The translations under genes and the position numbers were made by a program. From NCBI GenBank assembly GCA_029850535.1, contig JARCRU010000133.1:25925-89924 (forward strand): a stretch of DNA of 64,000 nt, read 5' to 3'. Below, piece after piece: positions 55,803 to 64,000 of the stretch. This DNA is from Actinomycetota bacterium. Its GTDB lineage: Bacteria; Actinomycetota; Acidimicrobiia; Acidimicrobiales; RAAP-2. The notes under the pieces were generated by a model. The model was given only the letters and a program-made list of their open reading frames with translations. It did not search any database and was not told the origin of the DNA. Numbering within the stretch: the first letter of the stretch is position 1; each line of letters begins with the position of its first letter.

Positions 55803-56993
55803 ATGAAGTCCGTGCAATGTCGGGGCACGTCGCCGCTCACCACGCTCGTCGCGAGCGCTGCTTTCGTGGTGCTCGCGACGCTCGTCCCCGTCAGCGCGAC
55901 GCCGAGCGGCGCGCAGACGATCGCCCAGACCAAGGCCGAGATCGCGAATCTCTCCGCGCAATTGGCGCGCCAGCAGAAATCCAGCGAAGTGACGGCCAAC
56001 GCCTACGACGCGACCAAGGCCCAACTCGCCAGCCTGTCGGCCAGCATCGTCGCGCTCCAGGCGCGCGAGCGCGCCGAAGAAGCGGTGGTGACGACGACGA
56101 CCCACCACCTCGTCGGCGCCGTCGTGCAGTCCTACGTCTTTGGCACCTCGACCTCCCAAGCCGTCGCGCTCTTCAACCAGAACGTCAACTCCTCGGGGGC
56201 CCGCGAGGTCTTCGACGCCCTCGTGGTGGGCGACCTCAACGCGCTACGGGCCAAACTCGACGCCCAGCGCGCCAAGCTGGCCCGCGAGATCACTCAGGTC
56301 GCCGCCCAACGCGCGCGCGCCAGCGTCGAGACGGTGAATCTACAGAATCTCCTCTCCCAGAACATCGCCGCCGCCGACCAGACCCGTCAGACGCTCACCG
56401 TCGTCACCGCCGCCCTGCGATCACAGATCATCCAGTACGAGGTCGCCGCCGGCGCCGCCGCGGCGCGCACGCGCGACACCAGTGCCGAGGCCTCCGCCGT
56501 CGCGGCCGCCTCCTCCATCGGTGGTCAACCCGCGGCGAACCTCGTACTCGCCGCCATTGCCGCCAACACCCCGCCCGTCGTGACCCAGCAGATCTCGGGC
56601 TCGCCGGCTGGTTCCGCCGCGGGTGAGGCCGCCGTCACCTACGCCGAGAAGCAGGTCGGGGTTCCCTACGTCTGGGGTGGCGAGACGTCCGGTCTGGGTT
56701 TCGACTGCTCGGGCCTGGTCCAGTGGGCCTGGTCCCAGGCGGGCTACTCCATGCCGCGCACCACCGAACAGCAGTGGACCGCGCTGCCGCACGTGCCGCT
56801 CAACCAACTCCAGCCCGGCGACCTGCTCTACTACTACAACCTCGACGGCGACAACGCGGTCGACCACGTCGTGATGTACGTGGGTTCGGGTCCCTGGGGC
56901 GCCAACACGATCATCGCCGCCGCCTACACCGGAACCAATATCTCCCTCGCCCCGATGTTCACCGGCGGGCTCATCGGCGCGGCTCGACCCTAG
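55803..56993 (+). CDS. Secreted NlpC/P60 peptidoglycan endopeptidase with coiled-coil N-terminus
   Basis: Signal peptide, coiled coil, PYVWGG, FDCSGL, PGDL, HVVMY. Confidence 0.92.
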   Translation: MKSVQCRGTSPLTTLVASAAFVVLATLVPVSATPSGAQTIAQTKAEIANLSAQLARQQKSSEVTANAYDATKAQLASLSASIVALQARERAEEAVVTTTTHHLVGAVVQSYVFGTSTSQAVALFNQNVNSSGAREVFDALVVGDLNALRAKLDAQRAKLAREITQVAAQRARASVETVNLQNLLSQNIAAADQTRQTLTVVTAALRSQIIQYEVAAGAAAARTRDTSAEASAVAAASSIGGQPAANLVLAAIAANTPPVVTQQISGSPAGSAAGEAAVTYAEKQVGVPYVWGGETSGLGFDCSGLVQWAWSQAGYSMPRTTEQQWTALPHVPLNQLQPGDLLYYYNLDGDNAVDHVVMYVGSGPWGANTIIAAAYTGTNISLAPMFTGGLIGAARP

Positions 56994-56997
56994 CTCC

Positions 56998-57933
56998 ATG
57001 GCCTCACCCACGCAGTCGCTGGTGATACCGGCCTACAACGAAGCGGCGCGACTCGCCGCGGCGTTCCAACGACTGCGGCCCACCCTGGACATCATTGGTC
57101 CCGACCGCACCGAGATCATCATGGTCGACGACGGTTCCGGCGACGACACGATGCGGGTCGCCCACCGGGTCTACGGGCACCTCGAACACTTCCGCCTGGT
57201 CCAACACCCGCACAACATGGGCAAGGGGGCCGCGGTGCGCACCGGCATGGCGCACGCGCGATACCCCAAGGTCATCGTCGCCGACGCCGACATGTCGATT
57301 CGACCCGAACATTTCGTGAATATCCTCGACACCCTCGAGCGGGTCCCCTTCGCCCCGGGTTCGCGCGCACTCGACGGCCGTATCCTCTACGAGGCCCTGC
57401 ACCGCACGATCTCGGGCACCGCCTTTCACCTGCTGGTTCGCCACTACACCAAGATCACCGTGCGCGACACGCAGTGCGGCTGCAAGGGCTTCGCCCTCGC
57501 CCCGGGCCGGCTCCTCGCTCAATTGGGTTTCGTCTCGGGTTTCGCCTACGACGTCGAACTGTTCTACTTAGCGCAACAACTCGAGCTCGCGACCGTGCCC
57601 GTGGCCGTCACCTGGGACGACATCGGAGGTTCCACCGTCAACATCGCCCACGGCAAGCGTCAACTCCTGAGCGACCTGCGCGGAATACCACGCACCAACT
57701 ACCAGTGTCCCGCCATTGAAGTCCCCGCGCGGGTCAAACTCGACGACGTGCGCCGAGCGGCCCTCGACGCGCGCTGCGCCGGACTCGTCGTGGCGCGCGC
57801 CGAGGCGAACGACCTGATCGTGGTGCCGCGTGACGCGGCGGTCGCGGCGATCGGCATCGCGCACGCCCTCGGCGGCTCTCTACGCACCACCACGATCGCG
57901 GAACTTCGCGGGCGTACCCTCGACGCGGTCTAA
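56998..57933 (+). CDS. GT2 polyprenol/dolichol-phosphate glycosyltransferase-like protein with C-terminal extension
   Basis: VIPAYNEA, VDDGSGD, NMGKGAAVRTG, DADMS, DTQCGCKGF, FAYDVE. Confidence 0.88.
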   Translation: MASPTQSLVIPAYNEAARLAAAFQRLRPTLDIIGPDRTEIIMVDDGSGDDTMRVAHRVYGHLEHFRLVQHPHNMGKGAAVRTGMAHARYPKVIVADADMSIRPEHFVNILDTLERVPFAPGSRALDGRILYEALHRTISGTAFHLLVRHYTKITVRDTQCGCKGFALAPGRLLAQLGFVSGFAYDVELFYLAQQLELATVPVAVTWDDIGGSTVNIAHGKRQLLSDLRGIPRTNYQCPAIEVPARVKLDDVRRAALDARCAGLVVARAEANDLIVVPRDAAVAAIGIAHALGGSLRTTTIAELRGRTLDAV

Positions 57934-58563
57934 TCAGTCGCTGCGCGGCAGGAGCCAGTCGGCCACCAGTTGGGGTGCGCGATCGGCCCACTCCTCGGAA
58001 GTGATGGCGTAGTGCGCGTGGTCCTCCCAGGCCCCATCGATCTCCAGGTATCGCTCGGCGATCCCCTCGAAGCGCAGTCCCAGCTTCTCCACGACGCGCC
58101 GTGAGGCGGCGTTGCGCGGAATGATGTTGATCTCCACGCGGTGCAGACGCAACGTGTCGAAGGCGTACTGCAGGACGGTCACCACCGATTCGGGCATGAG
58201 GCCGTTGCCCGCGACCGCTTCGTCGATCCAGTAGCCCACGAAGGCCGACTGCAGAGGGCCGCGTTGGATCGACGAGAGGGTGATCTCGCCCACGAAGCGC
58301 CCCTCGAAGAAGATGCCGAACCCGAATCCAGTCCCCATCTGGCGCTCGCGCTCACGGATCGCGCAACGACTGGAGAAGCTGCGCTCGTCCTCGGCGAGGT
58401 GCGCGGCGTGCGCCGAACGGGGCTCCCACTTCACCAGCCACTCGTGGCAGCGTCGACGGACGTCGAACCAGCCCTCGTAGTCGACGTCGCTGAGCGTACG
58501 CAACACCACGCGCCGACCATGGAGATTGATCGGCGAATGCACGCCGCTGCGGGTGCTCACCAC
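57934..58563 (-). CDS. GNAT acetyltransferase (RimJ/RimL type)
   Basis: WEP, VGYWID..AGNGLM, LHRVEINI..RNAASRRVVEKLG, WEDH. Confidence 0.9.
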   Translation of the reverse strand: MVSTRSGVHSPINLHGRRVVLRTLSDVDYEGWFDVRRRCHEWLVKWEPRSAHAAHLAEDERSFSSRCAIRERERQMGTGFGFGIFFEGRFVGEITLSSIQRGPLQSAFVGYWIDEAVAGNGLMPESVVTVLQYAFDTLRLHRVEINIIPRNAASRRVVEKLGLRFEGIAERYLEIDGAWEDHAHYAITSEEWADRAPQLVADWLLPRSD

Positions 58564-58613
58564 GCGTCCTTCTTCACCTTTCTATCGTTGCAGGTTCGTC
58601 GAGAACGCGCACG

Positions 58614-59528
58614 TCAGAGCAGCGATGCGGCGACGCCGTCCAAGATGTCGTCCTCAGAACTGAGGAGTTCGTGCGCCGCGAACCGGTCCATAACGGCCTC
58701 GAGGATGAAGAGACCAGCCACCAGCACGTCCTCGCGGCCGCGCACCATTCCGGGCAACTCCAGACGCTGCGCGGGACTCAAGGCGCCGAGGCGTTCGCGC
58801 CAGCTCCGCACGTCCTCGCGCGAGAGACGGCGAAGGTGCACGGCCGCGCGGTCGTACACGCTCGAGCCCGCGTCGAGTTGCGCGAGGGTCGCCACCGTGC
58901 CCGCCAGACCGACCAGTCGAGCCGCGCCGACGAGGTCCCTGAATTGCGGCACGGCCTCGAACGCCCGGTCGAGCTCGGCCTCGATCATCGCCTGCGCCGC
59001 GCGCGTCCCCTCGGGCTCGACGACGCCCGCCCCCAGCGCGCGCTCGGTCACCCGCACGCACCCCAACTGCATCGAATAACTCCGGACCTCCCCGTTCAGG
59101 CTCACCGCCAACTCGGTCGACCCACCCCCGATGTCGACGATCAACGTCGCGCGCGAGTCGGGGGCCAACCCCCTCGTCGCCCCGGCGTAGGAGAAGGCGG
59201 CCTCTTCGGTGCCCTTGAGCACGCGAGCCTCGACCCCGGTGATCTGCGCGGCTCGAGCCAGGAACTGCGCACCGTTGATCGCGTCGCGCACCGCCGAGGT
59301 CGCCACCAGTAGTCCGCGAGTGACCCCGTGCGCATCCATCATCTGGCGGTACTCGCTCAACGTCGCGTAACTGCGCTCGAGCGCCTCGGGCGAGAGATTG
59401 CCCGAGGCGTCCACGCCCGCCGACAAGCGGGTGATGCGCATCTCGCGCTGCAGCGTCGTGGCGTCGTCGGCGACGATCAAGAGGCGCGTGGAATTCGAAC
59501 CGCAGTCGAGGACGGCGACGCTAGCCAC
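58614..59528 (-). CDS. ppx: Ppx/GppA exopolyphosphatase family
   Basis: LDCGSNSTRL, ATSAVRDA, EEA, VDIGGGSTE, GCVR, SEDDILDG. Confidence 0.93.
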   Translation of the reverse strand: MASVAVLDCGSNSTRLLIVADDATTLQREMRITRLSAGVDASGNLSPEALERSYATLSEYRQMMDAHGVTRGLLVATSAVRDAINGAQFLARAAQITGVEARVLKGTEEAAFSYAGATRGLAPDSRATLIVDIGGGSTELAVSLNGEVRSYSMQLGCVRVTERALGAGVVEPEGTRAAQAMIEAELDRAFEAVPQFRDLVGAARLVGLAGTVATLAQLDAGSSVYDRAAVHLRRLSREDVRSWRERLGALSPAQRLELPGMVRGREDVLVAGLFILEAVMDRFAAHELLSSEDDILDGVAASLL

Positions 59529-59999
59529 GCGCGTCGACGATCTCGAGGTCGGGCACGGCCAGTTCGCGGGCCACGAGTTGGCCCACGGGGTCGTCGTGGC
59601 CCGCCAGGTAGTTCGCCAGGTGCGCGTGCAGGCACTTCACCCCGACGCGCGTGCCCCCCACTCCCCCGCTGGGCGCGATGGCGTCGTGACGGACCGTGGC
59701 CGCCTCTCGGCGGCGGCGGTAGTCGTCGTGGGCTCGGGCCAAGTCCTGCTCGTCGACGAGTTCCTCGTAGCGGTGCACCCCGCTCTCGCCCTCGAGACGG
59801 CTGACCGCCTCGTGCAGTTCCCCGTCCACCAGCCAGTACAGCGTCGGCATCGGCGTACCGTCACGCAGGTGCGGCTCATTCTCGATCACCACTGGCCGTC
59901 CGTCGCGACGGCGCACGACGACGGCGCAGCGCCCGTTGAGTGGTCGCCCCACCAAGTCTTCGATGGTGGCGAGATCCTCCGCCGTGGCGTCGCGGAAGG

Positions 60000-60003
<4 letters not shown>
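59521..60003 (-). CDS. DUF501 family protein
   Basis: GTPMPTLYWL, GGVGG..VKCLHAH; conserved position between divIC and ppx; TTGA overlap. Confidence 0.88.
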
Positions 60004-63163
<3,160 letters not shown>

Positions 63164-63167
<4 letters not shown>

Positions 63168-64000
63168 TGGTAGGGAGTGCTCGACGCCGTGGTCAACTGC
63201 GTCGCGGTCGCCGGCCCCGTCTCAGCGGGTAACGCCGGCGCGAACACCGAGGGGCCGCTAGTGGAGACGCCCCAGCGCCCGAAGGCCGGGTCGATCGTCA
63301 CAGCGGCATTCGCGAGGATACCGGACTTGACGCTGTTGGCCGCGGTCGCGTTCAGCGTCTGGATGTCACTGATGACCGTGCCCTGCGCCGTGGCGAGCGG
63401 CGTGGGGGTCTTGGAGGTGGCGGCGACGTAGAGTCCGTAGGTGGGACCGCCCGCGGTGGGGGTGTAGGGCAGCGCCGTCGTCGGGAAGTGGCCCACCGCC
63501 GTGGTGCCGACGTCGCTGCGGACGCTGGCGTAGGCCGAGGAGTTGGGCGAGAAGCAGCCGTACGCGCCACCCTTGGCCGCCGAGGTGGGGTCAGCCGAGT
63601 ACTTCTTGGCCAGGGCCGGCACCGACATGCCCTGGGCCTGGGAGGCCGCGAAGGCGCTCAGGCTCGCCTGGGGGACGATGGCGACCGCGATGCACAACGT
63701 GTCGTAGTTCGATCGATGGGCCAGGTAGTACGTCTTGATGTTGGCCGGCGTGAGCGCGATGGTGGCGTTGAGCTTGCTCAACAGGTACGCCGAGGACGCC
63801 TGGTCCTCGATCTGGGCGGTGCGCATCGCCGCGGGCATGTCGGCCAACGCCTGGACCGCGGTGCCCGCGCAATTCTGCGAGGCGTGCGCGGCGGCCTGGG
63901 TCAACTCACCCTCGAGCGCCACCCGAGCACTCGCCAGTTCACTCGCGCTCGGCACGTGGTGCAGCGTCGTGGCCACGTAGCGATCGATGGCGACACCCTC
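63164..64000 (-). CDS. PpiC/parvulin-type peptidyl-prolyl isomerase (PrsA/SurA-like), C-terminal part; start lies beyond the window
   Basis: LAKKYSADPTSAAKGGAYGC rotamase motif; position upstream of mazG. Confidence 0.65.

Overview
High-GC bacterial chromosomal window, almost certainly Actinomycetota and probably Acidimicrobiia (inferred from the mazG-eno-divIC-DUF501-ppx block, cofD/cofE, the manB-Trm112 pair, a DUF5719-like gene and pervasive leaderless promoters). It holds about 60 densely packed CDSs and one tRNA-Leu(TAA). I found no CRISPR array, transposase, integrase or prophage gene. The left ~28 kb is accessory metabolism: a FadR/GntR-controlled ABC-transporter catabolic cluster, LLM oxidoreductases, a circularly permuted ATP-grasp/alpha-E/transglutaminase operon, sugar kinases and permeases. 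The right part is a cell-envelope glycosylation locus (GT-C-like, GT2, three GT4-like genes, Rmd, ManB, ManC) with FtsH, F420 genes and housekeeping genes. Best leads: (1) an archaeal-type pentameric riboflavin synthase with a Lys-rich repeat extension in a bacterium; (2) the ATP-grasp/alpha-E/transglutaminase peptide-ligation operon preceded by GlnR-like boxes, with the same promoter geometry upstream of an amino-acid permease; (3) an orphan catabolic cluster with a readable operator; (4) the glycosylation locus, including an apparent pseudo-glycosyltransferase; (5) an apparent FGGY pseudokinase; (6) a tRNA-Leu without a long variable arm. All product calls come from motif recognition by eye, with no database search. 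Start codons were refined by hand and are less certain than stops.
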